Below are positions 48,768 through 58,975 of a stretch of DNA of 61,749 bases, piece by piece. The position numbers and the translations under genes were made by a program. The notes under the pieces were generated by a model, which searched no databases, was not told the DNA's origin, and saw only the letters and a list, made by a program, of their open reading frames with translations. The stretch is from contig JAYOTF010000002.1 of NCBI GenBank assembly GCA_038150265.1, positions 81,403 to 143,151 of the forward strand, given 5' to 3'. Within the stretch, counting starts at the first letter, position 1; every line of letters begins with the position of its first letter. The DNA comes from Deltaproteobacteria bacterium (GTDB taxonomy: Bacteria; SAR324; NAC60-12).

Positions 48768-49751
48768 ATGTGGTTCTTCCGGTTGTTCCGGACACTGTTT
48801 TTATTGATCTTATTCATCCTCTTTGTGGGGATCGGAGCCGTTGGCCTGGGCAGCGTGGCAGAGTGGAAGCTGCGGCAGCAGGTGGTGCAGCGCTTTCCGG
48901 CTCCCGGAAAGATGGTGGCCATAGGAAATTATCGCCTCCACCTCAACTGCATCGGCCGTGGTGCGCCAACGGTTGTGCTGGAGGCGGGGCTGGGGCCTCA
49001 GGGCTCCTTGATCTGGAGTGACCTGCAGGCTGAGGTCTCGAAGAGCACCCGGACGTGCTCGTACGACCGAGCCGGGCACAACTGGAGTGATCCGAGCCCA
49101 CTCGATCGGCGGGGACGCAACATGAGCCTCGAACTGCAGCGGTTGCTGGCCAAGAGTGGCGAGAAGGGCCCCTACCTGCTGGTGGGGCACTCGCTTGGGG
49201 GCTCCTTGATCCGGCTCTTCTACCGCGAACAAAAGGATCAGGTGGCCGGGATGGTGTTCCTCGATTCCTCTCACCCCCGGCAGGAAGAGTTCTTTGGTCC
49301 GGAAGTCCTGGAGAGTGATCACCTGCAGTGGCGGATCATGGCGTGGCTTTCCAGTGTCACCGGGGCCGAGCGGGTGTATCAGTGGCTCTTTGGACCCGTG
49401 GTGCCCGACCGCTTTCCGCTGAATGCCCTGTCGATGGCCCAGTCGCTGATTCCGCAGTCACTGCAAGCCAACACCGAGGAGTGGCTCCTGACCTCCCAGA
49501 CCCTCAAGGATGAAGGCAGCCTCGACAACCTCACGCAGGTTCCGATTCGTGTCCTCATTCCCGGAAAGCCCGAAATGCCCCGGGAAGCGGAAACCCTGTG
49601 GCTGGGCATGCAGCAGGAAATCGCTGCAGCCGGGGGGCTGGATGCGCTGGAGCAGGTTCCGGGAGCGGGGCATTACCTGTACCTGGACCGCCCGGATGCC
49701 GTCATTCGCAACATCCTTGAACTGGTCCAAGAATTTCGGAAGAAGAAATGA
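48768..49751 (+). CDS. Membrane-anchored alpha/beta hydrolase
   Basis: N-terminal TM; YDRAG; GHSLGG nucleophile; GAGH. Confidence 0.9.
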   Translation: MWFFRLFRTLFLLILFILFVGIGAVGLGSVAEWKLRQQVVQRFPAPGKMVAIGNYRLHLNCIGRGAPTVVLEAGLGPQGSLIWSDLQAEVSKSTRTCSYDRAGHNWSDPSPLDRRGRNMSLELQRLLAKSGEKGPYLLVGHSLGGSLIRLFYREQKDQVAGMVFLDSSHPRQEEFFGPEVLESDHLQWRIMAWLSSVTGAERVYQWLFGPVVPDRFPLNALSMAQSLIPQSLQANTEEWLLTSQTLKDEGSLDNLTQVPIRVLIPGKPEMPREAETLWLGMQQEIAAAGGLDALEQVPGAGHYLYLDRPDAVIRNILELVQEFRKKK

Positions 49752-50758
49752 ATTACGTACAACTTCAGATCCGTCGGCTCGTGTCTCTTCAAACGGTGTT
49801 GGGGGTCGGCCTGTTCCTGATGGGCCTCCTTCCGGCTCAGGTGAGCGCACAGGGAACGAACACGGTGGCGACCCTGGTGCAGCTGGAAGGCATTGTGCAG
49901 GTTGTGGAGCCAAGTGGACGCCTCAAGGTGATGCGCGAGGGGCAGTTTGTGTATGCGGGAGAGGAAGTCCGGACGGGCGCCGACTCCAAGGTGTCGGTGC
50001 TGTTTCGAGACAACTCGCGGGTTCGGCTCTATGCCGGGAGCAACTTTCTGATTCAAGAGGCTGAAGAACGCCCGACCACGAACCGGACCTTCCGGTTCCA
50101 GATGGAGCTGAAGAAGGGAAACCTGCAGGGACGCTTTCAGCCGCGTCGGCAGCTGACTCGGCTCCGGACACCGGTCGCTACCGTGGGCATCAAGGGCACC
50201 TCCATCTGGCTGGGACACAGCACCCGGAACGGAACCACCGTTGGGCTGTCGGAAGGGCTGCTGGAGGTGGAAAATGCCGCCTCGACCCTGATGCTGCAGC
50301 CCGGACAGTGGATCCCGCAGTTTGTGGCCACCGACAACCTTTCTGGCAAGGTGGCACCGCTGCCTCGCAAGGTGCTGCTGAAAACGGAAGACTATGAGCT
50401 TCCGGCCAAGGCCAGTGACCCGATCAAGCTGTTCCTCAGCATCCAACTCATTGACAGCCAGAGTGGTCGAGACATCAAGGAGCGTGGGCTGGTGCTGCTG
50501 GAGACGGACTACCCTGGGGTGCAGATGCCTCCACGGGTGAACCTGGACTCCAGCGGGTTCCTGCGGATCCCGATCCTGGTGCAGCCTCCGCTGAAGGGGG
50601 TGGCGCCTCCGGAGCTGGTGCGCCTGTATGCAATCATGGATGGCCCCAGCTTTGAAAACGTTGGCGAGGGCCTGCTGGTCCTGAAGTGGCGGGTGCCGGA
50701 TCAGACGCAGCGGCTCCTGCTGGATCCGGTCACGGACGAATTCAAGCAGCTTCCGTGA
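49748..50758 (+). CDS. FecR-domain exported protein
   Basis: VRTGADS...F.D.S...L; TPVATVGIKGT; EG.LEV. Confidence 0.8.
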   Translation: MNYVQLQIRRLVSLQTVLGVGLFLMGLLPAQVSAQGTNTVATLVQLEGIVQVVEPSGRLKVMREGQFVYAGEEVRTGADSKVSVLFRDNSRVRLYAGSNFLIQEAEERPTTNRTFRFQMELKKGNLQGRFQPRRQLTRLRTPVATVGIKGTSIWLGHSTRNGTTVGLSEGLLEVENAASTLMLQPGQWIPQFVATDNLSGKVAPLPRKVLLKTEDYELPAKASDPIKLFLSIQLIDSQSGRDIKERGLVLLETDYPGVQMPPRVNLDSSGFLRIPILVQPPLKGVAPPELVRLYAIMDGPSFENVGEGLLVLKWRVPDQTQRLLLDPVTDEFKQLP

Positions 50759-51162
50759 TGCGCATCGGGTGGGTTTTTGGCTTCATGAGCCTGATGCTGG
50801 CAGGAAGCGCCGCGGCTCAGGACCTGCGAGCGTTTCACCTCATTCTGCGTGAGCCTGACCCCGGAGTGCCGCCGGAGACCTACTTTCAGGACGGCAAACT
50901 CCGGTACCTCGGCGCGCAGGAAGGCGGCCGCCCTTCCGGAACCGGGCGCCTGCTCCTGGACTCCGGAAAGTCTGCCTACGAAGGCGCCTTTGTGAATGGG
51001 CTTCCGGAAGGCCAGGGCACGCTTTACGATTTCAACGGATTCCGGATCTACTCTGGCGAATTCCGGGCCGGACGCTTTCACGGAGCCGGCACCCTCTATG
51101 CGGATGCAGAAAAGGGCGTTCTCTTTGAAGGGCGCTTTGAAAACGGCCGCCCCGTCCCCTGA
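50758..51162 (+). CDS. MORN-repeat protein
   Basis: Signal peptide; YEGAFVNGLPEGQG; YSGEFRAGRFHGAG. Confidence 0.85.
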   Translation: MRIGWVFGFMSLMLAGSAAAQDLRAFHLILREPDPGVPPETYFQDGKLRYLGAQEGGRPSGTGRLLLDSGKSAYEGAFVNGLPEGQGTLYDFNGFRIYSGEFRAGRFHGAGTLYADAEKGVLFEGRFENGRPVP

Positions 51163-51174
51163 AGTTCTTTTCCC

Positions 51175-52056
51175 ATGTCTTCCCTGTTTGTCCGGGTGAT
51201 GCCCGGGGTCTTTGTGGTGCTTTGGAGCACCGGCTTCATCAGCTCCAAGTTTGGCGTGCAGTATGCCGAGCCGCTGACGCTGCTGTTTTGGCGGATGCTG
51301 CTGACGTCGCTGTTTCTGGGGGGCATGCTGCTGCTGCTGCGGCAGCCCCGGCTGGAGAAGGCGGTGGTGCAGCAGCAGATGCTGGCCGGCACCCTCATTC
51401 ATGGATGCTACCTCGGGGGCGTCTTCTGGGCGATCCGGCAGGGCATGCCGGCTGGCATCAGCTCGCTGCTGGTGGGCCTGCAACCGATTGTGACGGTTCT
51501 GCTGGCGCGGTTTTGGCTCCGGGAGCGCCTGTCTCGGCTGCAGTGGCTGGGGTCGGTTTTGGGACTGCTGGGAGTGATGCTGGTGCTGCATCCGATCTGG
51601 GGAGGCATGGAGGCCGAGCGTGTGCTGGGCGCGGCTCCGCTGGCGGTTCCGGGCATCCTCATTGCGTTGCTGGGCATCTCGATTGGAACGGTTTACCAGA
51701 AGCACAAGGGCCAGAACGTGCCGTTGCTGTCCGGAAGCTTCTGGCAGTTTGTTGCGGCCACGCTGTGCTTTGCCGTGATGTCGCTGCTGCTCGAGCACTG
51801 GGAGGTCCGCTGGGAGTGGCCGCTGATTGGGGTGCTGTCCTGGATGGTGCTGGGGCTGTCGGTGGGAGCCATCAGCCTGCTGATGCTGCTGATCCGGAAG
51901 GGAGAGGCTTCTCGCGTGGCCAACCTCTTTTACCTGGTGCCGCCGCTGGTGGCACTGGAAACGTGGTGGCTCTTTGGTGAGCAGCTCGACGGACTCCAAG
52001 GGGGCGGCATGCTGGTGACGCTCCTTGGAGTCGTGATGGTGTCGCGCTTCTCGTGA
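51175..52056 (+). CDS. DMT/EamA-family transporter
   Basis: FVVLWSTGF; 10 TMs; LFYLVPP. Confidence 0.92.
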   Translation: MSSLFVRVMPGVFVVLWSTGFISSKFGVQYAEPLTLLFWRMLLTSLFLGGMLLLLRQPRLEKAVVQQQMLAGTLIHGCYLGGVFWAIRQGMPAGISSLLVGLQPIVTVLLARFWLRERLSRLQWLGSVLGLLGVMLVLHPIWGGMEAERVLGAAPLAVPGILIALLGISIGTVYQKHKGQNVPLLSGSFWQFVAATLCFAVMSLLLEHWEVRWEWPLIGVLSWMVLGLSVGAISLLMLLIRKGEASRVANLFYLVPPLVALETWWLFGEQLDGLQGGGMLVTLLGVVMVSRFS

Positions 52057-52059
52057 GGC

Positions 52060-54792
52060 TTAGCCGGTGGTCCGGAGGCCGCTGGCGATGGCGTTGACGG
52101 TAACCAGCAGCTGCGTCAGCAACGCCTCTGACTCCTGAGACGCTCCGGCACGGCGCATCGCCCGCCACTGCTTCAGCAGAGCCAGCTGTTGGTGGTGGAG
52201 CACCCGTAGTGGCGCGTGCCGCAGTTCCAGCACCTGGTGAATCTGTGGACGCTTTTCCTGCAAGGGGCCTCCATAGAGCAACTCGATCATCCGAGTGGTC
52301 CGCTCATACTCCTCCAGAATCTTCCCCAAAAAAAACTCCCGCAGTTCCGGGTCTTCCACCAGCTGCGCGTACTCCTTCATGACCTCGGTGTCCACATTGG
52401 CAAGGCTGGTGGCCACGTTGCTCGTGATGTAGTGGAGCGGATGCCACTGCAGGTGCTCCTCTCGGATGGCCTCTAGCTGCTCCGGATGGTCCTGCTGAAG
52501 CCGTTCCAGCGCGGTGCCCACCCCATACCAGCTGGAGAGGTAGCACCGGGCCTGACTCCATGAGAACACCCACGGGATGGCGCGGAGGTCTTCAAGGGAG
52601 CGCTGCCCTGTTCGACGAGACGGACGGGAGCCAATGCGGCTCTGCTCAATGACATCAATGGGGGTGGCCTGGCTGTAGTAGTCAATGAACCCGGGGCTGT
52701 GAAGCAACTCCGAGTAGGTCGCCCGGCTCGACTCGGCAAGAGCGTCCAGCACTGGCTCCAGGGGGTGTCGCTGCTTGGGTTGGTGTCGGTGCTGGAGGGT
52801 GGCTCCGGCAACGCCAGCCATCATCAACTCCAGGTTGAAGTGCGCGGTGCCCCAGTTGGCGTACTTCTGGGCAATGGTTTCGCCCTGCTCGGTCATGCGC
52901 AGGTCTCCATCCAGAGCCGAATGCGGCAGCGCCCGGATGAAGCGATGGGTCGGCCCGGCGCCTCGGCTAATGGTGCCCCCTCGACCATGGAAGAAACGGA
53001 TCCGCACCCCAAACTCCTGTCCAACCTCAACAAGCGACTCCTGAGCGCGATAAAGCGTCCAGTGACTCGAGAGGATGCCGCCGTCCTTGTTGCTGTCGCT
53101 GTACCCGATCATCACCTGCTGCACCGGACGCGAAAAGCCCTGGCGCTGACGCTGCAGTTCCAGGCTGCGCTGCGTCATCGGATGAGCCAGGAAGGCCCGG
53201 AGGATTTCCGGACTGCGGTGGAGGTCGTCAATGGTTTCAAACAGCGGGACTACCGGAAGCGGGCAGGCCGGTCCACCCACCCCGGGCTGAGTGAGCCCGC
53301 ATTCGTTGGCAAGCAGGTAGACCGTGAGCAGGTCGGAAGCGCTCCGGGTCATGCTGACAATCAGCGCGCCCAAAGCCGCCTCACCGTGTTCCCGGATGTG
53401 TTCCGTGAGGACGGCGTAGCAGCTCCGGACCGCATCGGCTTCCAGCCCGACCTTTTGATTGAGGCGAACCAGCGGACGGGGGGAGGCCAGTTCCTGGTCG
53501 AGGAGGGCCACCCGTTCCTCTTCGCTCATTTCTGCAAAATCCAGATCCTCAAATCCGGCTGCCTGCAGCAGCTGGCTGACCGCCCGGTCATGGAAAGCGC
53601 TGTTTTGCCGGACGTCCAGGACCGCCATGTGGAAGCCGAAGGTCTGGACCAGCCGCATCGCGGGGTGAATGTCGACCTCAATCAGCCGCTCGGCACCGAC
53701 CTCCCGGAGGGAATCCCGGAGGCTCTTGAGGTCGTCCCACAGCTCAACGCTGCGTCGGTAAACGTGGGCGTGTTGCTGCTCCGCTTTCGGAAGCCGGAAC
53801 CGCATCAGGTTCACCAGCTGGCGCCACGGTTCGCCGATGTTGCGCTGGATGGCCGGCTCGGCGAGTTCCCCCATTTGATTCCGGACCTGCTCAATGCGGG
53901 CAATCAGGCCGGCCGGAGGTGTCTGTCGCAGCTCGGAAAGGCTCAGGCGTCGGCCGAGCTCCTTGAGCTGGAGGTCGAGCAAGTCGAGGGCATGATGCCG
54001 GAGGCGTCCCAGCGTTTGGCGCGTCACCTCTGCCGTGACCCCGGGGTGCCCGTCACGGTCGCCCCCCACCCAGTTTCCGAACGAGAGCCGGGGCAACTTC
54101 TCGGGATCATTGAGGTCCTTGGGGTCGAAGCCGGCTTCTTCCCAGGCCTGAAGCAGGCGCCGGTCGAGGATGTCGAGGATGTTGGGGAAGACCTTCTTGA
54201 GGTAGTGGAGGACGCTGAGGAGTTCGGTCACGACCTCGGGCTTTTGCAGGTAGATTTCCCCGGTACGCCAGATGCGTTCCAGCTCAAACACGATTTCCTT
54301 GCGGATCCGTCGCTGCTCGCGAGGCGTCCACATCTGGTTTTCACGTTTGAGGAGGAGGAGGTAGAGCGCCCGGTGGTGCTCGAGGACCGAAGCTCGCTTG
54401 GCCTCGGTCGGGTGGGCCGTCAGGACGGGTTCCACCCGGATGTCCGCGAGCTGCTCCGCAATTTGCGCCGACGTGAGGCCCGCGTCTCGGAGCTGGTGAA
54501 AGATCTGCCCCCAGAGTCCGGACACGTGGTCGAGGCCTTCCACCTCTTCGGTGGCGCGGCGGTGCTGAGCAGAGGCGTTCTCCTCAACCATGTTGAGGAG
54601 CTGAAAGCCAACGGAGTAGGCCTGCGCCAGGCGTTCCGGAGTGTCTTCTCCCTGGGGCAGGGCGTTGCCGATCCACGGCATCTGGTTGGCAATCGACTGC
54701 TCTCCCAGCGAGTGCAGCATTTCCGCAAAGCATTCCACCAGGAAGTGCTGATCGCGGTCGATTTTCTCAAACTGATCAAACAGCTTATGCAT
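52060..54792 (-). CDS. ppc: Phosphoenolpyruvate carboxylase
   Basis: VLTAHPTE; WVGGDRDG; MIGYSDSNKDGG; FHGRGGT; LRAIPWVFSW; GLRTTG. Confidence 0.98.
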   Translation of the reverse strand: MHKLFDQFEKIDRDQHFLVECFAEMLHSLGEQSIANQMPWIGNALPQGEDTPERLAQAYSVGFQLLNMVEENASAQHRRATEEVEGLDHVSGLWGQIFHQLRDAGLTSAQIAEQLADIRVEPVLTAHPTEAKRASVLEHHRALYLLLLKRENQMWTPREQRRIRKEIVFELERIWRTGEIYLQKPEVVTELLSVLHYLKKVFPNILDILDRRLLQAWEEAGFDPKDLNDPEKLPRLSFGNWVGGDRDGHPGVTAEVTRQTLGRLRHHALDLLDLQLKELGRRLSLSELRQTPPAGLIARIEQVRNQMGELAEPAIQRNIGEPWRQLVNLMRFRLPKAEQQHAHVYRRSVELWDDLKSLRDSLREVGAERLIEVDIHPAMRLVQTFGFHMAVLDVRQNSAFHDRAVSQLLQAAGFEDLDFAEMSEEERVALLDQELASPRPLVRLNQKVGLEADAVRSCYAVLTEHIREHGEAALGALIVSMTRSASDLLTVYLLANECGLTQPGVGGPACPLPVVPLFETIDDLHRSPEILRAFLAHPMTQRSLELQRQRQGFSRPVQQVMIGYSDSNKDGGILSSHWTLYRAQESLVEVGQEFGVRIRFFHGRGGTISRGAGPTHRFIRALPHSALDGDLRMTEQGETIAQKYANWGTAHFNLELMMAGVAGATLQHRHQPKQRHPLEPVLDALAESSRATYSELLHSPGFIDYYSQATPIDVIEQSRIGSRPSRRTGQRSLEDLRAIPWVFSWSQARCYLSSWYGVGTALERLQQDHPEQLEAIREEHLQWHPLHYITSNVATSLANVDTEVMKEYAQLVEDPELREFFLGKILEEYERTTRMIELLYGGPLQEKRPQIHQVLELRHAPLRVLHHQQLALLKQWRAMRRAGASQESEALLTQLLVTVNAIASGLRTTG

Positions 54793-54910
54793 GATATCCG
54801 GTTGTCAAGAACAAAGGGGGAGACGCAGAGGAGGGGGAGCGTTAGAGGCAACTCCCTGAAACGGATCCTGGCCGATCCGCTTCAAGCAAAGTGGGGAGTG
54901 ACGAGCGGGG

Positions 54911-55129
54911 TTAGCAGGTTTCGGAAAGCTTCCGGAGGACCTGATTGGCCTGCTCAAGCTCGGAGAGGATTTCACCACAGACCGTGTCCAAGTCGTCGGA
55001 GAACTCCTGTTCTTCCTGAAACTCTTCTTCCATTCGCTGTTTCAGCTTAGGATAAGTCTGATCCTTTTGATAATCCAGATTCATATTGGCTCCTATCAGC
55101 CTGATCAACTCAACATAAGCCTCGTCCAT
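54911..55129 (-). pseudogene. Low-GC acidic ORF fragment, possibly a decayed gene
   Basis: 72-aa helical ORF with atypical composition; an upstream AGGAGG + ATG (55242) lies in another frame broken by TGA and TAG. Confidence 0.35.
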
Positions 55130-55626
55130 GAGGCCTACAAAACAGGTTGGTAGGTTAGCCCACCTCTGATGAAGTTTCAACTGAGATGAATCAGAAAATG
55201 GAGGGCGTCGCCTGGGACAAATTCTCCAACTGATTCGCTCATCCGGCCAATCAGGCCTCCTGTGAGGAAAGACAATTTTTCATGGTAATACCAGCTAAAA
55301 TTGAAAAAGAAGGGTTGGGCCGCGATGCGGAGCCAGCCGGTCCTCCCCGGAACGCTCCCCTGCTACAAACGTCGTACCAAATCCGGGAATCGGGAGGCCA
55401 CCCGGCTTTTCCGGGAAGCCTTGCTGAATGGGCTGACAAAATTGACAAACCTGACGTCAGGTTGGGCGGTTGAGGCATCCCGGAATCCGCCGGAACCGGC
55501 AGGGGCCTCAAGGGGACTTCCGCCGGCGCGCGGCTTCCTTTTGCCCAGAATCACTGGGATTAGCTTGCAACCGAGGGAAAGTTTGCTAAAAAGTAAGTTT
55601 TATCTTTTTACCTTCAGATCTGCATC

Positions 55627-57525
55627 ATGATTCAGGAATTCCGCGAATATTCCGAGAGCCTCGGTTTCAAGATCATCCTTGGCATTGTCGCCGTTTCCCT
55701 CGTCATCTCCTTGGGCGTGGGGTCTTTCTTTGGAGACCGCAAGGAGGTGGTGGCCCTGGTCAATGGTCGAGAGATCCTCATGAAGGATTTCCGCCGGGCC
55801 TACAGCAACCGCCTGGAGGCGCTCCGGCAGCAGCTGGGAGAGAACACCGAGCGCTTTGCCGAGCAGATGAACCTCCGGCAGCAGGTGATGCAGCAGCTGG
55901 TGGATCAGGAGCTGCTTCTGGGAGAGGCTGAGGACCTGAACGTGATGGTGACGGACCTGGAGCTTCAGGATTACATCCGCCAGCAACCGTACTTCCAGCG
56001 CAATGGCCAGTTTGACGCCGAGGTTTACAAGGAAGTGCTGCGTCAGAACCGGATCCCGCTCTTTGAGTATGAAGACGGCCTGCGCCGCGACCTGCTGGTG
56101 CAGAAGAAGCAGCGCCTGCTGGGCATTGGCCTGGCGGTGAGCGATGCCGAAGTCGAGCGCGCCTACCGCCAGCAGTACGAGCAGGTGGAGCTGAGCTACG
56201 TCCACTTTGATCCGGCCGCCTTCCTGGACCAGGTGGCTCCGACCGATGACGAGCTCAAGGCCTACCACGAGGGGCATCCGGATGAGTTCCAGTCGGCGGC
56301 TCAGTACCAAATTGAGTACTTCACCCTCAAGCTCTCCCAGTTCAATCAAGCGGACAAGGTCCGAGAGCGCGAGGTCCGCCGGTACTTCGAGCGAAACCTC
56401 GACAGCTTCACCACGCCTCCGGAAGTCAAGGCCCGGCACATCCTCTTCAAGCTCGATCCGGAAGCCAGTGACGTCTTGAAGGAAGAGCGTCGCACGGCGC
56501 TGGAAGCCGTCCGGGCCCGGATTGTCGCCGGTGAAGACTTTGCTGCGGTGGCTCAGGAGCTTTCGGAAGACCTCTCGGCTCAGCAGGGCGGCGACCTCGG
56601 TTGGTTCAAACCGGGGGAGATGGTTCCAGCCTTTGAGCAGGCGGCCTTTGAATTGGCGCCCGGGGAGCTGAGCCAGGTGGTGGAGTCGCCGTTTGGGCTG
56701 CACCTCATTCAGGTCGATGACCGCAAGGAACAGGTGGAGCAAGGCCTGGATGATGTCCGGGAAGAGATCATCAGCATTCTGGCCGACCAACGGGCCGAAA
56801 GCGACCTGGAGGAAGCGCTCGTGCGCGTGGATGAAACCGTCGGGCGGAAGCCGCTGGCGGAGCTGGCCACGTCGTACAACACGGAAGTCAAGGACTCTCA
56901 GCTCTTTTCGCGCGAAACCGTTGTCCCAGGCATTGGCTCAGTGGCGGGCCTGATGGGTCAGCTGGATGGCAAACCCGTGGAGGCCACCGGAGTTTGGCAA
57001 CGGAATCCGGTGCAGGGCCACGTCGTGTGGAAGCTGACCGCCTACGAGGCTCCGGCGCCCTTGAACTTTGAGGAGGCTCGGGATCAGGTGCTGGAAGCCG
57101 TGCGACGGGAGCAGGCGCTGGAACGTGCCAAGGCCGAAGCCGCGGTGGCCCTGGAGCAGGCCCAGCAGGGAGTTTCACTGACCAGTGTGGCGGAAGCACG
57201 TGGCTTGGAAGTGGCTCCGATGACCTTTGCCGCTGGAACACGGTTCCTGCCGGAGTTGGGAGACAATCAGGAGTTCCGCAAGATTGCCCTGCACCTGAGC
57301 CCGGACCAGCAGTTTGGGTTGAGCGAAAACGGGAACCGCGTTGACCTGATTCAGTTTCAGCAGCGGACGCTCGACGAGACCGATGTGGATCAGCGAAAAG
57401 CCGCCGTGCGCGCCAACCTGCGTCGTCTGCAGCAGCAGGCGATTTTGGAAAAGGAGGTCAAGCGCCTGCGGGAAACGGCTTCCATTGAAATCACCACTCC
57501 GCTTCTGCAGCTGCCGGGCGCATGA
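55627..57525 (+). CDS. ppiD: PpiD-like periplasmic chaperone / parvulin PPIase
   Basis: N-terminal TM; SurA_N domain; KARHIL; GGDLGWF; FEQAAF; SPFGLHLI. Confidence 0.9.
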   Translation: MIQEFREYSESLGFKIILGIVAVSLVISLGVGSFFGDRKEVVALVNGREILMKDFRRAYSNRLEALRQQLGENTERFAEQMNLRQQVMQQLVDQELLLGEAEDLNVMVTDLELQDYIRQQPYFQRNGQFDAEVYKEVLRQNRIPLFEYEDGLRRDLLVQKKQRLLGIGLAVSDAEVERAYRQQYEQVELSYVHFDPAAFLDQVAPTDDELKAYHEGHPDEFQSAAQYQIEYFTLKLSQFNQADKVREREVRRYFERNLDSFTTPPEVKARHILFKLDPEASDVLKEERRTALEAVRARIVAGEDFAAVAQELSEDLSAQQGGDLGWFKPGEMVPAFEQAAFELAPGELSQVVESPFGLHLIQVDDRKEQVEQGLDDVREEIISILADQRAESDLEEALVRVDETVGRKPLAELATSYNTEVKDSQLFSRETVVPGIGSVAGLMGQLDGKPVEATGVWQRNPVQGHVVWKLTAYEAPAPLNFEEARDQVLEAVRREQALERAKAEAAVALEQAQQGVSLTSVAEARGLEVAPMTFAAGTRFLPELGDNQEFRKIALHLSPDQQFGLSENGNRVDLIQFQQRTLDETDVDQRKAAVRANLRRLQQQAILEKEVKRLRETASIEITTPLLQLPGA

Positions 57526-58025
57526 AGCGCGGACTCCTGCTCCTGCTCCAGCTGGCAAGCGGTGCCAGTGTGATGGCACAGGGGCTGTTGGGGTTTGGTG
57601 CCCTGGAAGAGCCAGAGCCTCCGCAGGTGTATGCCGAGGTGGCGCAGTATGAAGTAGCGGCTGGTGGCCAGACGGTGCTTCAGGTGTATGTGACGCCTGC
57701 GGTGGGGTGGCACCTGTATTCGGTGGTGCCGCAGGGCAACTGGGCTCCGGAGCCAACGCGGTTACCGCTGCTGACGCCATGGCTCCAGCCGGTTGGAGCC
57801 CTGCAGGAAACGCCTCCTGAGACGCTGGCAGATGCCGCGTACCAAGCCGATCTGCTCGCACACACCCAGCCCTTTGAACTGAAGCAGGCCCTGCAACTCC
57901 GTGCCGATGCACCGCCTGGAGAGCAAACGGCCTTTGCCCAACTGGTGTACCAGGCCTGTAATCAGAAAATTTGCCTTCCGCCCCAAACTCAGGACGTCGC
58001 CATTGCCCTCAAGGTGCGGCCCTGA
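57522..58025 (+). CDS. Stand-alone DsbD N-terminal (alpha) domain protein
   Basis: Signal peptide; GWHLYS; YQACNQKICLPP. Confidence 0.85.
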   Translation: MKRGLLLLLQLASGASVMAQGLLGFGALEEPEPPQVYAEVAQYEVAAGGQTVLQVYVTPAVGWHLYSVVPQGNWAPEPTRLPLLTPWLQPVGALQETPPETLADAAYQADLLAHTQPFELKQALQLRADAPPGEQTAFAQLVYQACNQKICLPPQTQDVAIALKVRP

Positions 58026-58056
58026 GTGGTTTCTTTCCTCCGGATGAGTTTCCTCA

Positions 58057-58425
58057 ATGGAACCCGATTACACTGATGACGCGTTTGTGGAGCGTGCTCT
58101 GCGGACCTCGCTCTTTCTCTCCCTGGCGCTGGCGTCGCTGGACCTGTTCCTCTATGTCAGCTTCGGAACCGCGCTGGTGACGGTGCTGATCAAGGGGTAC
58201 TCCCTGTGGATTTATGTCCGGTACCGGCTTCGCATGGATGGACTGAAGCTCCTGGAAATTGGAGCGCTGGTGGGAGACCTCTTCCTGGTTGTGGAACATG
58301 GCATGGCCGTCCTGAGCCCGATTGCCACCCTGGTCAGCATCATTCTGGTGTCCAGCTTCAAGGAGCGGTTCCTCGTCCGCTACCGTCAGGACCTCGCCCG
58401 GGTGTTTTCCGACCCCAAGTCCTGA
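58057..58425 (+). CDS. Small hypothetical membrane protein
   Basis: Several hydrophobic segments; normal codon style. Confidence 0.6.
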   Translation: MEPDYTDDAFVERALRTSLFLSLALASLDLFLYVSFGTALVTVLIKGYSLWIYVRYRLRMDGLKLLEIGALVGDLFLVVEHGMAVLSPIATLVSIILVSSFKERFLVRYRQDLARVFSDPKS

Positions 58426-58485
58426 CACTCCATGCTGCTTCCCTGTTGACCGGAGGGCGAACAGGGAACGCCTCCCCCTTCTCTG

Positions 58486-58953
58486 CTACTCGTACAGCTC
58501 GACGTTCTCTCCAATGATGCGGTAGCTGGCTTCCGTCTCGTACACCATCTCACCCTCGACCGTGATGGAGTCCATTTCGAGAATCCCGGAAATCCAGACC
58601 GCGTCAATGAGGTCCTCAATCGGAACCGGCTCGTTCATGACCACGTACACCACTTGATTCGGGGGTGGCGGTGGCACGTGGACGCACATGCCAAATACCG
58701 GAACCAGCAGGAATTCCTTGACGAAGTCAAAGCCGCTATCGCCTTCAATCGGGACGGCGTACCCGGGGATTTTGACCGGTGCGCCCCGGAGCCGCATCAA
58801 GCTGGGGGGCGCTTCTCCGGTTTCGGTGTTCAACTGACGGAGGTCCTGCCAGGTGAGCTCTTTGGGCTTGGAGAAGATGCTGATGGCAGAAGCCGGAGAG
58901 GCCAGCACCAGCAGGCTGAAGATCACCGTGATCAGTACGCATGTGCCACGCAT
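58486..58953 (-). CDS. DUF3299 family protein
   Basis: LTW.DL; VKIPGY.VP; EFLLVP..G.CVHVPPPPPNQ. Confidence 0.9.
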   Translation of the reverse strand: MRGTCVLITVIFSLLVLASPASAISIFSKPKELTWQDLRQLNTETGEAPPSLMRLRGAPVKIPGYAVPIEGDSGFDFVKEFLLVPVFGMCVHVPPPPPNQVVYVVMNEPVPIEDLIDAVWISGILEMDSITVEGEMVYETEASYRIIGENVELYE

Positions 58954-58975
58954 GAAGGGTCCTTGAGGAAACACG

